From positions 24,254 to 88,253 of IMG/VR virus record IMGVR_UViG_2974596396_000001: 64,000 nt of DNA. One strand, written 5' to 3'. Position 1 is the stretch's first letter; each line of letters starts with the position of its first letter. Source of the DNA: a virus (lineage: Duplodnaviria > Heunggongvirae > Uroviricota > Caudoviricetes > Ackermannviridae). The translations under genes and the position numbers were made by a program. Shown here one piece after another: positions 8,184-17,603 of the stretch. The notes under the pieces are model-generated. The model saw only the letters and a list, made by a program, of their open reading frames with translations. It did no database searches and was not told where the DNA came from.

Positions 8184-10900
8184 ATAGCCTTCACAAATCT
8201 AGTGGCATCTTCAATCGCGTTGTGTGCCGAAGGCTGATATTTTGACATCATGAACTTCACCAAACGATGACATTCAACTCGGTATCGGTTTTTGGCCTTT
8301 TGCTTTTGAGATATAGTGCTAGTGACCTTTATCTCATCAAATCCTTCAGCAGTTAATTTTTCATTCAATAAATCAACAACTTGAGTTAACTGGTTACAGG
8401 CGCGGAAAAATCTCGTAGTTGGGAAAGGCATTTCTATACGATAATGTAATTCCTCAACAGCCTTGCGGAAATAACCGTACCCCGATCCAGACGGGTTTCG
8501 TTTGGCCAGCATACGAACAATCTTCCATTCTTCTTCAGTGATTTGTTGTTTCGCATAACTGATGATTGCTTTTGCCCTGTGTTGATGATGGGCATAGCCA
8601 TCCGTAACTTTTCCATGGGAATCAATCAACAGCTTGGCACCATAATCAATGCGATGAGACATGATGTTTATGCCCTTGCGAAGTTTCAGGAGTTTCTTAG
8701 ATTCAAGCGCCTGAAATTCATCTTTATAATGCTCAAGCAACATATCAAACACTGCGTCAATGGGGATGAATACTTCTGGGAATTTCTTCATCATCGGAAC
8801 AGATTTACGACGCGCAAGAACGATTGTTGGATGTGCTCCCAGCAAATCAAACAGGTTTTCGTTTCCATTCTCGCCGAACTTCGTTCTTTCCATCGCTTCA
8901 CGCAAATGTCCAGCCGTGGATTGTCGTAAGGTAATACCATGAATTTTATGGATACCTTCTCGGCCAGATACTTCGATATATACGATCTTTTTGCCCGAAT
9001 CAATAATATCTGAAACGGTTTTTCCATCTAATTCATAAACGCTGTCGAAGTTAAATGAATTGTAATGGAAACTAAACATCCCAGGATCTTTTTCAACGGT
9101 CGGGCGAACATATTCCATTTCATGCATGAAATAAACTTCATCCGGATTGAATAAATCGCCAAAAACCTCGATCAGTTTATCGGCAAAGACCAGGTAGTCC
9201 GGTGTTGTTTCTTGTACACCGATCCATGATTCAAAATAAGACTTCAATTCCTCATGGTTGGTGAATGATTCTTTATGTGCCGCCAGCTGATTCCGATTAC
9301 TGAAATAATTTTCATTCGGCTTGACGACGATAACGACATTGAAGTTATTGCGTGCTGTTTGTATCTTCAGGTTTCGAGCACGATTCGAGTTATCAATAAT
9401 AACAGCAATTTTTGATTTAGATTTCAACCAATTTCCGACAGAGTTCACATAAATGCTGTCGTGTACTACACCGTCGTCGTGTACTTCAATTTCGTAAGGA
9501 CTACCAATAGACCGGAAAGGTGCATCCACAGAGTAATCGCGCACGACGTCCGGCGCTCCGATATAACGGAACGTGCCTTTGTAGAAACGGTTATCTGCAG
9601 GAAATTCTCGCTCCACTAATTTACGGAAACCACTACCGAACATATCGGTCAATTGAGCCTTCTTCATATACAGCATAAGAGGACCCATAGATTCGGCCTG
9701 GCGAAGTTCATACATCTTCGCCTGCATAATATTGTCAGCCACATATTTGAACACTCGGTTCAGGCTTTCACGGGTGAACTCGTCATATGACAAGTCTTCA
9801 CGTGATGGAGGAACATTCAATTCTCCAAGTTCAAAGAATGTATAGGAACTCGGGAATTTCTCCAGCACCGAACGTATTTCAGAATCCAATTGCTCAAGAT
9901 CTATCGGATAAGAAACCCCGCCCATAACAGCATAGTGGGTATTATCAGAATCAGACTTCGGCTGAATATACGTGTTGCCCACACGGTTTTCAAAATTGAT
10001 GTCCTGCCAGCGGAAAGAATAACTGGCATTTTCAACCTTCGGGCGCATTGATGGGCGCATAACTCGACCCAGACGGACCAGTTCTTGTTCAAATGCAGTA
10101 AATCGCTGATTCTTTACAGGCACTTTAACAGTCAGACCATTGAACTCATCAGTGTCTTCTGGTTTCGGATCACGGGTGTCCAAATCCTTGGTGATCAGGT
10201 CCACAGTAGGAATCCTGTCCGCATTCAGATACATAAGGAAGCGATACAGTTTACCTTCATAACGACTTTCTACAGTAAATGAGTCCGACACTGCAAATGG
10301 GGATTTAGAACCCAGCCCGAACGCGCCGATCTGCCCGTCGTCGTCCTCTTTGGTGCTGTGGAAGAGTGTGGTGTACAAACCAGGTCCGCGGATGATCTCG
10401 CCATCCTCAGCGCGGAATACCAACACCCCATTGTAATAACCAGGCGTCCCAATAACAGCAGTGCTGTCAGGGATTTCATCTTCCTTCACAACAATGTTGC
10501 CTTCGACAAGCACTTCATCTTCCCGCGCTGCGATAGGTTCCCCGATAATCATTTCTAACGGAAGGCCAATCCCATAATCCTTGATTTCCAACCATGGTTC
10601 CATAACATCAGGTAAATGGACCACAACGGGCGTCCCTTTGGGAGCAAGATGCTTGCTGTATCTTTGGGGCATAGGGGTAAGAGGGGCATAATGGGACGGC
10701 AACCAACGCTGTTGGCGATCACGCATATTATGCGAGTCTATACCGTTACATAACGTCTCACGCAAAGATGCGGCCTCTTTATATTTGTAGAGACTTGAAA
10801 ATAATGTTTCAAATAATTTATCCGTCATCTTGACATTAAATGTCTGTCCGACGATAGTGGAAGAAGAGCGCACGAAATGCTCAGACTTGCGCATTTTCAT
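8159..10900 (-). CDS. rIIA: rIIA protein (GHKL/HSP90-like N-terminal ATPase)
   Basis: 913 aa; LFSSLYKYKEAASLRETLCNGIDSH, DYGIGL, IGAFGLGSKSPFA. Confidence 0.92.
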   Translation of the reverse strand: MKMRKSEHFVRSSSTIVGQTFNVKMTDKLFETLFSSLYKYKEAASLRETLCNGIDSHNMRDRQQRWLPSHYAPLTPMPQRYSKHLAPKGTPVVVHLPDVMEPWLEIKDYGIGLPLEMIIGEPIAAREDEVLVEGNIVVKEDEIPDSTAVIGTPGYYNGVLVFRAEDGEIIRGPGLYTTLFHSTKEDDDGQIGAFGLGSKSPFAVSDSFTVESRYEGKLYRFLMYLNADRIPTVDLITKDLDTRDPKPEDTDEFNGLTVKVPVKNQRFTAFEQELVRLGRVMRPSMRPKVENASYSFRWQDINFENRVGNTYIQPKSDSDNTHYAVMGGVSYPIDLEQLDSEIRSVLEKFPSSYTFFELGELNVPPSREDLSYDEFTRESLNRVFKYVADNIMQAKMYELRQAESMGPLMLYMKKAQLTDMFGSGFRKLVEREFPADNRFYKGTFRYIGAPDVVRDYSVDAPFRSIGSPYEIEVHDDGVVHDSIYVNSVGNWLKSKSKIAVIIDNSNRARNLKIQTARNNFNVVIVVKPNENYFSNRNQLAAHKESFTNHEELKSYFESWIGVQETTPDYLVFADKLIEVFGDLFNPDEVYFMHEMEYVRPTVEKDPGMFSFHYNSFNFDSVYELDGKTVSDIIDSGKKIVYIEVSGREGIHKIHGITLRQSTAGHLREAMERTKFGENGNENLFDLLGAHPTIVLARRKSVPMMKKFPEVFIPIDAVFDMLLEHYKDEFQALESKKLLKLRKGINIMSHRIDYGAKLLIDSHGKVTDGYAHHQHRAKAIISYAKQQITEEEWKIVRMLAKRNPSGSGYGYFRKAVEELHYRIEMPFPTTRFFRACNQLTQVVDLLNEKLTAEGFDEIKVTSTISQKQKAKNRYRVECHRLVKFMMSKYQPSAHNAIEDATRFVKAISKRILGA

Positions 10901-10976
10901 AGTATAGAATTCCTATTCAGTTTCAAAGGGAACACATTATTGGGGTATGGGTATGATACTAGCGGGGGACTCAATA

Positions 10977-11000
10977 GAAAAAGCCTCCAAAAGGAGGCTT
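10977..11000 (-). terminator. intrinsic terminator
   Basis: AAGCCTCC-TTTT-GGAGGCTT followed by T-run. Confidence 0.7.
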
Positions 11001-11008
11001 AATCAGGT

Positions 11009-11362
11009 TTAACTCTGGTCGACATTTACAACGGCAGCGTTAAAGTTGAATGTCGGATGGGTAGCGCCTGGCTCTAACGTTTCTTCCAGATAACCCGCGA
11101 TATTCCGCACCACGGTTTTAGGCTCAGAACGTGAAGGCTTCGTTGCTCCAAGTTCAATGATACTGGAAGTAACTTGTTCGACTTGGGTGTGAGCCACAAC
11201 AAAATGGTAACGACTACCAAACGCCGCCACTTCAACTTCTGTAATTTCCAAACCACTCAATTCAGAGCTGCTCAACTGCTTCACATTCAGTTGTGAACGA
11301 AGGTGTTCCACAATGTTGCTGTAAACATATTGTGGCGTGATCAGCTGTTCAATAGAACTCAT
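11009..11362 (-). CDS. hypothetical protein
   Basis: 117 aa, GAGGA SD. Confidence 0.7.
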   Translation of the reverse strand: MSSIEQLITPQYVYSNIVEHLRSQLNVKQLSSSELSGLEITEVEVAAFGSRYHFVVAHTQVEQVTSSIIELGATKPSRSEPKTVVRNIAGYLEETLEPGATHPTFNFNAAVVNVDQS

Positions 11363-11649
11363 GACATATCCTCATTTCTTTGGGGGTTATTGTTACTTAA
11401 CCGGACGACCTCTGCTCGAAGGAAAAGGATTTCATCGGCCATTATCTTTCCCTCTTCAAACATCACATGGCAACGTGATAATCTGGGTTCGCCTTCAGAT
11501 AATGCGTGAAGACGATATTCAGGGATGACATCATTTACGGCGTTTCTTTTTGTTCTTTCCATGCGTCTTGGCCTTTTTATGACGACTAACGGAAGGACGG
11601 GCATGCCCAGGCTCCCCAGGGGTACAACCTTGGGCATAACGTTGGTCAT
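11359..11649 (-). CDS. hypothetical protein (start uncertain; overlaps next ORF)
   Basis: ATGA-type overlap with the downstream gene; the 5' part overlaps the 11531-11737 ORF. Confidence 0.4.
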   Translation of the reverse strand: MTNVMPKVVPLGSLGMPVLPLVVIKRPRRMERTKRNAVNDVIPEYRLHALSEGEPRLSRCHVMFEEGKIMADEILFLRAEVVRLSNNNPQRNEDMS

Positions 11650-11737
11650 CCCAGAGGCGTCCTTTGTGAGACATATCTTCAGCCATCGCGGACAAGGCGA
11701 GGGTTGCTACAGCCGCAGCAGATAATGGTTTAGACAT
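11531..11737 (-). CDS. small basic hypothetical protein (start revised to MSKPL)
   Basis: GGAGA SD; Lys/Arg-rich C-terminus. Confidence 0.6.
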   Translation of the reverse strand: MSKPLSAAAVATLALSAMAEDMSHKGRLWDDQRYAQGCTPGEPGHARPSVSRHKKAKTHGKNKKKRRK

Positions 11738-12176
11738 CTGTTTCTCCTTTTGCTGCATATGCCAGTGCTTTTACAATCATCACGGCCAATCCGATTGGGT
11801 CGCACGTACCTTCGAATTCTTGTTCTAAAATCTCACGTATTTCATCAGAAGATTGTACTTCGGAGCAGTTCTTGCTCTGTCGACGTTGTTCTTGCTCAAC
11901 GAGGTCTTTGAACAGAAGGTCTTTGAAAGAATACTCATCGAAGTTTTCCAGATACTGCTGGATACTTGGTTGTTTCGCATCCATCGTTCTACGCAGATTG
12001 CTGATAGTTGAACTCGCCTGTTCGCGGTGTTTGTTCATAACGGAAAAGTTCACGGGTTTCCCCCAAGCGTTCGTCACTGTGTTGGAACACACTTGTCCGA
12101 AGAGATCTTGGAAGGCGTCATCCAGATGAATCAGCGCGGCGGCCAGTTCATCATAAGTTGGTTTTTGAGCAGTCAT
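11730..12176 (-). CDS. hypothetical protein
   Basis: 148 aa, overlapping stop/start junctions. Confidence 0.7.
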   Translation of the reverse strand: MTAQKPTYDELAAALIHLDDAFQDLFGQVCSNTVTNAWGKPVNFSVMNKHREQASSTISNLRRTMDAKQPSIQQYLENFDEYSFKDLLFKDLVEQEQRRQSKNCSEVQSSDEIREILEQEFEGTCDPIGLAVMIVKALAYAAKGETDV

Positions 12177-12556
12177 TTTCGTTTATTCCTATTTTTAGAT
12201 TTCTTGGCTTGACGTTTATGCTGAGCGGCTCCATACAAGCGCGGAGGCTTTTGATAACGCTGTGAGGCAATTATATCCCTGTAGTCGGCTTCGGCTTCAC
12301 AGCAAGAAACATCCGTTCTTCGTAATTGCGCGACCGCTTGTGACACCAGCATTTTACGTTCGCTTTCTACCAGGTCATCACAAATTATCATGCGCTCGCC
12401 TGGTTCACAACGACGTTTGGGAATGTCGTCAACACTGATGCATTCCACCTCAACGCCTTTCAATTTTTCTTGAAGGATGATGGCCATAGTACGAGCGCCC
12501 ACCCCTCCTCCAATAATTGCAATCTTTCTTGGCTTGTCAGACATAATACATTCCAT
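12173..12556 (-). CDS. hypothetical protein with GxGxxG-like N-terminus and basic tail
   Basis: 127 aa; IAIIGGGVG; C-terminal KRQAKKSKNRNKRK. Confidence 0.65.
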   Translation of the reverse strand: MECIMSDKPRKIAIIGGGVGARTMAIILQEKLKGVEVECISVDDIPKRRCEPGERMIICDDLVESERKMLVSQAVAQLRRTDVSCCEAEADYRDIIASQRYQKPPRLYGAAQHKRQAKKSKNRNKRK

Positions 12557-12574
12557 AAAAAAGAGGATAGGGCA

Positions 12575-12600
12575 ATAATACCCTATCCCCCTTTATTGAA
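12575..12600 (-). promoter_or_regulatory. phage promoter TTCAAT-N14-TATTAT nested in a terminator-like hairpin
   Basis: GGATAGGG/CCCTATCC arms flank the -10 and are followed by a T-run. Confidence 0.75.
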
Positions 12601-12606
12601 GAACGA

Positions 12607-13032
12607 TTAGTCTTTGGATTCTACTTTATCACCGCGCAGATCCTGGACGGGTTTGCCATCCGGCGACATGATGTAGATGGTGTTAATTGTCTCAAACCAA
12701 GACAGTTCATCGACTCCTTCGGTGTATGGTGTTACCGGAACTGAAGTTTTGATATGACCACCATCGTTGTTTGGGGCACCATCAGGCGTCAGCACTGGCT
12801 CCAGAAAGGCGAAACGGCCATTTGGGTAAATCACCCCACCTTTAAACATGCGGATCTTCTTGCGAGGGTTGTTGGCCTCGCCAAGGCACACGACCAGATG
12901 ATGGATCATCTCAGGGCGGGTGAGCAACGTGTCGTCACGGATGATCCCCTGTTTGACAGCAGAGATCACCACTTCATCCAACAAAGCCTGTTGCTGTCCC
13001 AGAGTCAAAGATTCAGTAAGTTTCACGCTCAT
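12607..13032 (-). CDS. hypothetical protein
   Basis: 141-aa ORF. Confidence 0.7.
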   Translation of the reverse strand: MSVKLTESLTLGQQQALLDEVVISAVKQGIIRDDTLLTRPEMIHHLVVCLGEANNPRKKIRMFKGGVIYPNGRFAFLEPVLTPDGAPNNDGGHIKTSVPVTPYTEGVDELSWFETINTIYIMSPDGKPVQDLRGDKVESKD

Positions 13033-13035
13033 GAT

Positions 13036-13605
13036 CTAGCCTTTGAATTTGATCGGTGTCTGAACCCCAGAGTCGAACGCGGCCTGGGTACGGGTATCGC
13101 TCACCACCTGACAGGTCTTGTCAAGGTCGATGCGAGGGTATCCAAAGATGCCAGCAATAATAGATCCAGGGAACTGGCCGAGTTTGGTTTCATAGATAGC
13201 ACACGCGTCCAATTTCTTTGTCTGACTGATACGGAATTCATCACGTCCTGAACTGATGACCACCTGAATTTCTTTGTACAGGCTTGAATCAAACTGGATG
13301 TTCTGTTCCTGGATCCATTGCATAACCGCCTTTGAACCATCAGCACCATAACGACCCTGGAAAGTATCTTTGATCACTTCTTTCAGACCGTCTTTGTACA
13401 GGCCAGGTATCTGAGCCGTCTCTTGTACTTTGTTTGTATAGTTGCTCAGATGGTTTTCAGAATCTTTATTGAACTTTTTGACTTGCTGTTCAATACGATT
13501 GAAATCATTGAAATAACTGACGAAACTTCCTACACCAATTACAACAAAAGCCAGAATCGCCAATCCGATGATCCAACCAATTGAAATACCTTTACGCTGT
13601 GACAT
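13036..13605 (-). CDS. LemA-like membrane-anchored protein
   Basis: 189 aa; N-terminal TM, helical body, YETKLGQFPGSIIAGIFG matches the LemA Y....FP...A..FG motif. Confidence 0.65.
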   Translation of the reverse strand: MSQRKGISIGWIIGLAILAFVVIGVGSFVSYFNDFNRIEQQVKKFNKDSENHLSNYTNKVQETAQIPGLYKDGLKEVIKDTFQGRYGADGSKAVMQWIQEQNIQFDSSLYKEIQVVISSGRDEFRISQTKKLDACAIYETKLGQFPGSIIAGIFGYPRIDLDKTCQVVSDTRTQAAFDSGVQTPIKFKG

Positions 13606-13620
13606 CTTTACTTCCTCTTG

Positions 13621-14730
13621 TTAAAACAAACGTTTGTAAGTGCGACCATTGTACTGCATATGGCCTAATATGAAAATTACAGTAAACGGAACACAACCTA
13701 ATAAAACGACGATAACCACTTCCCATGTCTTGAGGTCACGCCATTTCAGATACTCCATTTCCTTCATTTCAACACGGTTATAGCCTTTGCTGATATTGAC
13801 TGCCACTTCTTGGAATACTGATATTCCCATGGGTTTACCAGTCAATGAAAGACCATTTCTTGAATGGAGTTCCATGTTGTTCATCCCATCAGCAAATGAC
13901 GTAGATTTACCCCAATTGATCTTCATATCCTTCGATATGTCAGTGACCACAATGACATCGTTCTTTTTACCACCAGACCATGCGTATAGCAATCCCTGAA
14001 AATATTCTACGGGCTGACCAGAAGTCACTACCCACACGATATTGACCTGACGTGATGCCCCCAATGTTTTCAAAGTGTTGTTCAGATAATCATTCCAGTA
14101 ATCAACAGGAATGTCCATCCCTGACATATTCAGAACACGAGTTACTCGGTAATAATCATACACCCTCGGATATGAAGGGATATGCTCTTTGAACTTCTCA
14201 GCGAATTGCTGGTCAGATTTAGAGAATAATGAATCTTTGTTGCCCAGCACATAATTCATATATGAATGTTCACGTGCCGCAGGTTCCCCGATTTTAACTT
14301 GTGCCCAACGCGGAGGCTCTGTAGTACCCTGACGATCAATACGGTCAATGCTCAGATCACCGACGGTTGTTAATACGTCCCAATCAACGTCATAAGAGTG
14401 CTCATAGCACGTGCTGCAATGACGCGTTTGTGTACAAGATCGGTTATTTCCTGAACCAGAGCAAGAAGTTGTGTAATAGCACATACATTCATAAGAATGG
14501 CTACAACCCACCTTATTTCGTTGCTTGTCAGTAACGTACCCATTTAAAATTTCAACATCTCCCGAACTACCCAGGGAAAATGCAGCGTATGCTCCCGCCT
14601 GGATAAGACAGGATAATACAACCACTATCGCAGTAGCAATTAGCGTTTCTTTTGGTTCATGGGTTTTGCGATGGTAAACCACGAACAATATGGCTAAAAT
14701 AATAGGGACCACAAACAGAAGGTAAATCAT
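13621..14730 (-). CDS. membrane protein with Cys-rich loop and TPM-like domain
   Basis: 369 aa; three TM segments, CSHSYECMC...CSTCYEH, VNIVWVV...KKNDVIVV. Confidence 0.65.
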   Translation of the reverse strand: MIYLLFVVPIILAILFVVYHRKTHEPKETLIATAIVVVLSCLIQAGAYAAFSLGSSGDVEILNGYVTDKQRNKVGCSHSYECMCYYTTSCSGSGNNRSCTQTRHCSTCYEHSYDVDWDVLTTVGDLSIDRIDRQGTTEPPRWAQVKIGEPAAREHSYMNYVLGNKDSLFSKSDQQFAEKFKEHIPSYPRVYDYYRVTRVLNMSGMDIPVDYWNDYLNNTLKTLGASRQVNIVWVVTSGQPVEYFQGLLYAWSGGKKNDVIVVTDISKDMKINWGKSTSFADGMNNMELHSRNGLSLTGKPMGISVFQEVAVNISKGYNRVEMKEMEYLKWRDLKTWEVVIVVLLGCVPFTVIFILGHMQYNGRTYKRLF

Positions 14731-15113
14731 AACACACCATCCACGAGTTGTTCCTTCGTCATACCAAGAAGTTGATTTTTATGATCTGATTTAGCTCCAT
14801 TTTTCAACAACAGATCCCAACGTTCTTCATGATACTGTGGAGCCATCGCATCGTCAAAAGAAACATGGTGGCGATGCATAATTGTTGCAACGGTATGAAG
14901 AACGATTGCTGTCGCTCTTTTTAAAGCACGTGTATCAGTGATATGGTCTTCATATTCGATACCCATCAAATCGAGTTCTTTCCGAATATATGCAATAGAC
15001 AAATCACCTTCAGAATGCAATTTAACAATAGTCGCTTTCTTAGGATGTAACACGCCGTCTGTTTCTTTCATGAACAGATCGTACAAATATTGTTTGTATT
15101 CGGACTGTGTCAT
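14727..15113 (-). CDS. hypothetical protein
   Basis: 128 aa, coupled junctions. Confidence 0.7.
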   Translation of the reverse strand: MTQSEYKQYLYDLFMKETDGVLHPKKATIVKLHSEGDLSIAYIRKELDLMGIEYEDHITDTRALKRATAIVLHTVATIMHRHHVSFDDAMAPQYHEERWDLLLKNGAKSDHKNQLLGMTKEQLVDGVL

Positions 15114-15322
15114 TTAGATTCTCCCATGACGATAACGGAAGCGCCATTACGGAAGCATCCATATTCAGGCGGAAGACCTTCGCGAACCTTCTGTGTGAAC
15201 GCTTCAGAAACTACCAGACGGCCAACTCGAGAGTCTTTTTGTTTCGGAGTGGACTCAAAGTAATCACCAAAAGTCGCTTCCATATCGAGCAGAGACATAT
15301 CTTCAATTCGTTGCATTGCCAT
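15110..15322 (-). CDS. hypothetical protein
   Basis: 70 aa, AGGA SD, downstream of a promoter. Confidence 0.65.
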   Translation of the reverse strand: MAMQRIEDMSLLDMEATFGDYFESTPKQKDSRVGRLVVSEAFTQKVREGLPPEYGCFRNGASVIVMGESK

Positions 15323-15359
15323 GATGTATTTCCTTGCAAAAAGAAAGGGGAACGGGCTA

Positions 15360-15385
15360 ATATTAACCCATTCCCCTTTATTGAA
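15360..15385 (-). promoter_or_regulatory. phage promoter TTCAAT-N14-TAATAT nested in a terminator-like hairpin
   Basis: AAAGGGGAA/TTCCCCTTT arms flank the -10; T-run follows. Confidence 0.75.
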
Positions 15386-15404
15386 GAACGCAATCGCAGT
15401 CAGA

Positions 15405-15572
15405 TTACTTTTTCTTCAGCTCTTCCAGCTTGGCTTCAATTTGGTCCAGAATCTCTTTACCTTTCTGGACGATGGCTTCACCGTCTTGCGCGTGTTTACG
15501 AAAAACCAGAGCGCCAGCTACGAAGCCGACAACAACGCCAGGAAGCGCATACACCAACAGATCTTGTAACAT
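15405..15572 (-). CDS. 55-aa membrane-anchored coiled-coil peptide (not in ORF track)
   Basis: GAGGA SD; MLQDLLVYALPGVVVGFVAGALVFRKHAQDGEAIVQKGKEILDQIEAKLEELKKK*. Confidence 0.7.
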   Translation of the reverse strand: MLQDLLVYALPGVVVGFVAGALVFRKHAQDGEAIVQKGKEILDQIEAKLEELKKK

Positions 15573-15610
15573 GATTTATTTCCTCACTTTTATAAGCAAG
15601 GATATTTATA

Positions 15611-16846
15611 TCATCGTTTCAACAAAGACATGAGGTTTACACTGGTCGACTTCGGATTGTCCTCTATCTTCCGGACGGGTATTTTCAGATTAGTGTAAAC
15701 CTCAGATGGTTCCCAACGCGTACCCTGCTGCAGGTGCCATATATGTAGAGGAACACCCGTCTCAAAGAACACAGGCATCTTCCACTTCTGGACGCCTGGA
15801 ACGTGCCCTGCAGGAGCCTTCTCACATAACAGGGTATCTGGTAGCCAGAGGGAACGGGCTTCCCATAATGCCTTACAGGAGTACTCAGGCCAGATGCGTT
15901 CCATGTAGTCGATCTCATCCCAAGTACGCTCGGCATCCCACCCGATGTAACGGGTATTCTTCAGACGGAAGAATTTCTTAAGCCAACAAGCACCGGAGGT
16001 CTCAAAGTTCAGACGATTGATGAACGTGATGTGGCCGAACTCTTCAACGCATTCCTGAAACGCTTTCTCAAGGTCGGTTTCGAGTATATCACATTCTTCA
16101 TCGGTGATAGGACAGCCGTTGATCTTTTTCTTCCCGTGCTTGGTCACCCAATCATCACGGTTGGATAAGAACGCCGCGCCGTTACGATTGGATTCACTGC
16201 CATCACGGTCACGCAACATGAAACCAGGGACGTCTATATCCCATATGTTACCGAAGACCATGTTCAGGGCTTCCAGGAAGTTCCATGCGCTCAGGCGACC
16301 GAAGTATTTCCATGACATCGCCGTATTCCACAGTTCGGTGAATTGGTCTTCCTTGGTAGTGCATTCCAACATCCAACGAAAAGAATCCATTTGGGTTTTA
16401 CCACCCAACCAATCGATATAGGACTGAACGCACGGAATCATCTTCGACTTACGATAACGACAATCTGTATCGAAGCGCATACGATCAAAGTTCAGGTTAT
16501 ACCAATCAGAAAATCGCTGAAACTCTTTCGGAGATTGTGGGGGTACAGGAAATTCACTGTAAATTGTCCATGGTCCAATCCCATTATAGCAACAACCCCA
16601 CAAAAAGGCCATCCAAATCTTGCGCTCGATCTTCTCGAGCTGTGTGATTCCTTCTGTAACCTCGATGGCATAATCCATCAGACGGACTTGCTGGTTATGC
16701 TCTTCAGTGTAGGATAGCGCCTCCACCCATGCCTTGAGCAGGTACATGCGATTTTCTGGCTTACGATAATCTACTGCCAGATCAATCGGGTATTTCCATT
16801 TTTCAGGGGCTTTATATCCCTGCGGCATTTTAGAAATGTGTATCAT
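15611..16846 (-). CDS. amino acid:DNA transferase (aGPT-PPlase2 family), thymidine hypermodification
   Basis: 411 aa; HhH-glycosylase-like core, FDTDCRYRK, KYFGRLSAWNFLE, ETSGACWLKK, RYIGW. Confidence 0.75.
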   Translation of the reverse strand: MIHISKMPQGYKAPEKWKYPIDLAVDYRKPENRMYLLKAWVEALSYTEEHNQQVRLMDYAIEVTEGITQLEKIERKIWMAFLWGCCYNGIGPWTIYSEFPVPPQSPKEFQRFSDWYNLNFDRMRFDTDCRYRKSKMIPCVQSYIDWLGGKTQMDSFRWMLECTTKEDQFTELWNTAMSWKYFGRLSAWNFLEALNMVFGNIWDIDVPGFMLRDRDGSESNRNGAAFLSNRDDWVTKHGKKKINGCPITDEECDILETDLEKAFQECVEEFGHITFINRLNFETSGACWLKKFFRLKNTRYIGWDAERTWDEIDYMERIWPEYSCKALWEARSLWLPDTLLCEKAPAGHVPGVQKWKMPVFFETGVPLHIWHLQQGTRWEPSEVYTNLKIPVRKIEDNPKSTSVNLMSLLKR

Positions 16847-17028
16847 CCGATTTTACTCCCGAGTTCAACACGGAACGCCAGATAGAAGAAAGTGGTGATC
16901 GATACAGGACAGATCACCAAGAATGGGCGCTGTTGCACCCCTTCTGTGACCATGACGCCGACCAGCGAAACCGTAAAGATAACGAACATCAACATCATGA
17001 AGATAAAATCAACCTGCTTGATTTTCAT
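16843..17028 (-). CDS. small two-TM membrane protein
   Basis: 61 aa, hydrophobic. Confidence 0.6.
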   Translation of the reverse strand: MKIKQVDFIFMMLMFVIFTVSLVGVMVTEGVQQRPFLVICPVSITTFFYLAFRVELGSKIG

Positions 17029-17395
17029 CTTTCGCTTCCTCTACAGGAGAAACAACTTCAGGCTCAGCTTCGGGAGCCAGCTGAATTTCTTCGGGGCTTA
17101 CTACGGGCTGTCCCAGAGACCAGATAGGCAGGAAACGACGATCATTCGTCACCAACCAAATTTGCTTGGCGGTTTTCGTCTTTTCGGAAATAAAATGCTG
17201 GGCATTGACCTGAGTCCGTGCAAGCCCAATTTGCCGCCATGCGCCGAAATCTTTAGAAGATGGATTGGTGTTTAGCTGGAATTGAGGAATGATTTTATTC
17301 TGTTCCGGATAATATCGGACAGCGTTAATCATATTGGCATCACCACGATAGTCAACGGCAATGGCCACAGCATTGCGAGGGATAAGGATTTTCAT
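17009..17395 (-). CDS. hypothetical protein
   Basis: 128 aa, AGGA SD. Confidence 0.7.
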   Translation of the reverse strand: MKILIPRNAVAIAVDYRGDANMINAVRYYPEQNKIIPQFQLNTNPSSKDFGAWRQIGLARTQVNAQHFISEKTKTAKQIWLVTNDRRFLPIWSLGQPVVSPEEIQLAPEAEPEVVSPVEEAKDENQAG

Positions 17396-17396
17396 T

Positions 17397-17600
17397 TTAA
17401 TTCCTTTTGAAACTTTGAATTATGTTGTAAACGAAAGGTGTCAACAAAGAAACACCACCCGAATAATATAACGCATAAACGTTCAATGTTTCTTTTGAGT
17501 CTAATTCAATGATGCCCAAATATTTCATGGCACCGATGATCATAGCTGAAAGGCACATTACCAGACCGACAAACACAAAATATTTAGACATCTTTTTCAT
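17397..17600 (-). CDS. small two-TM membrane protein
   Basis: 67 aa, hydrophobic. Confidence 0.6.
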   Translation of the reverse strand: MKKMSKYFVFVGLVMCLSAMIIGAMKYLGIIELDSKETLNVYALYYSGGVSLLTPFVYNIIQSFKRN

Positions 17601-17603
17601 TAT

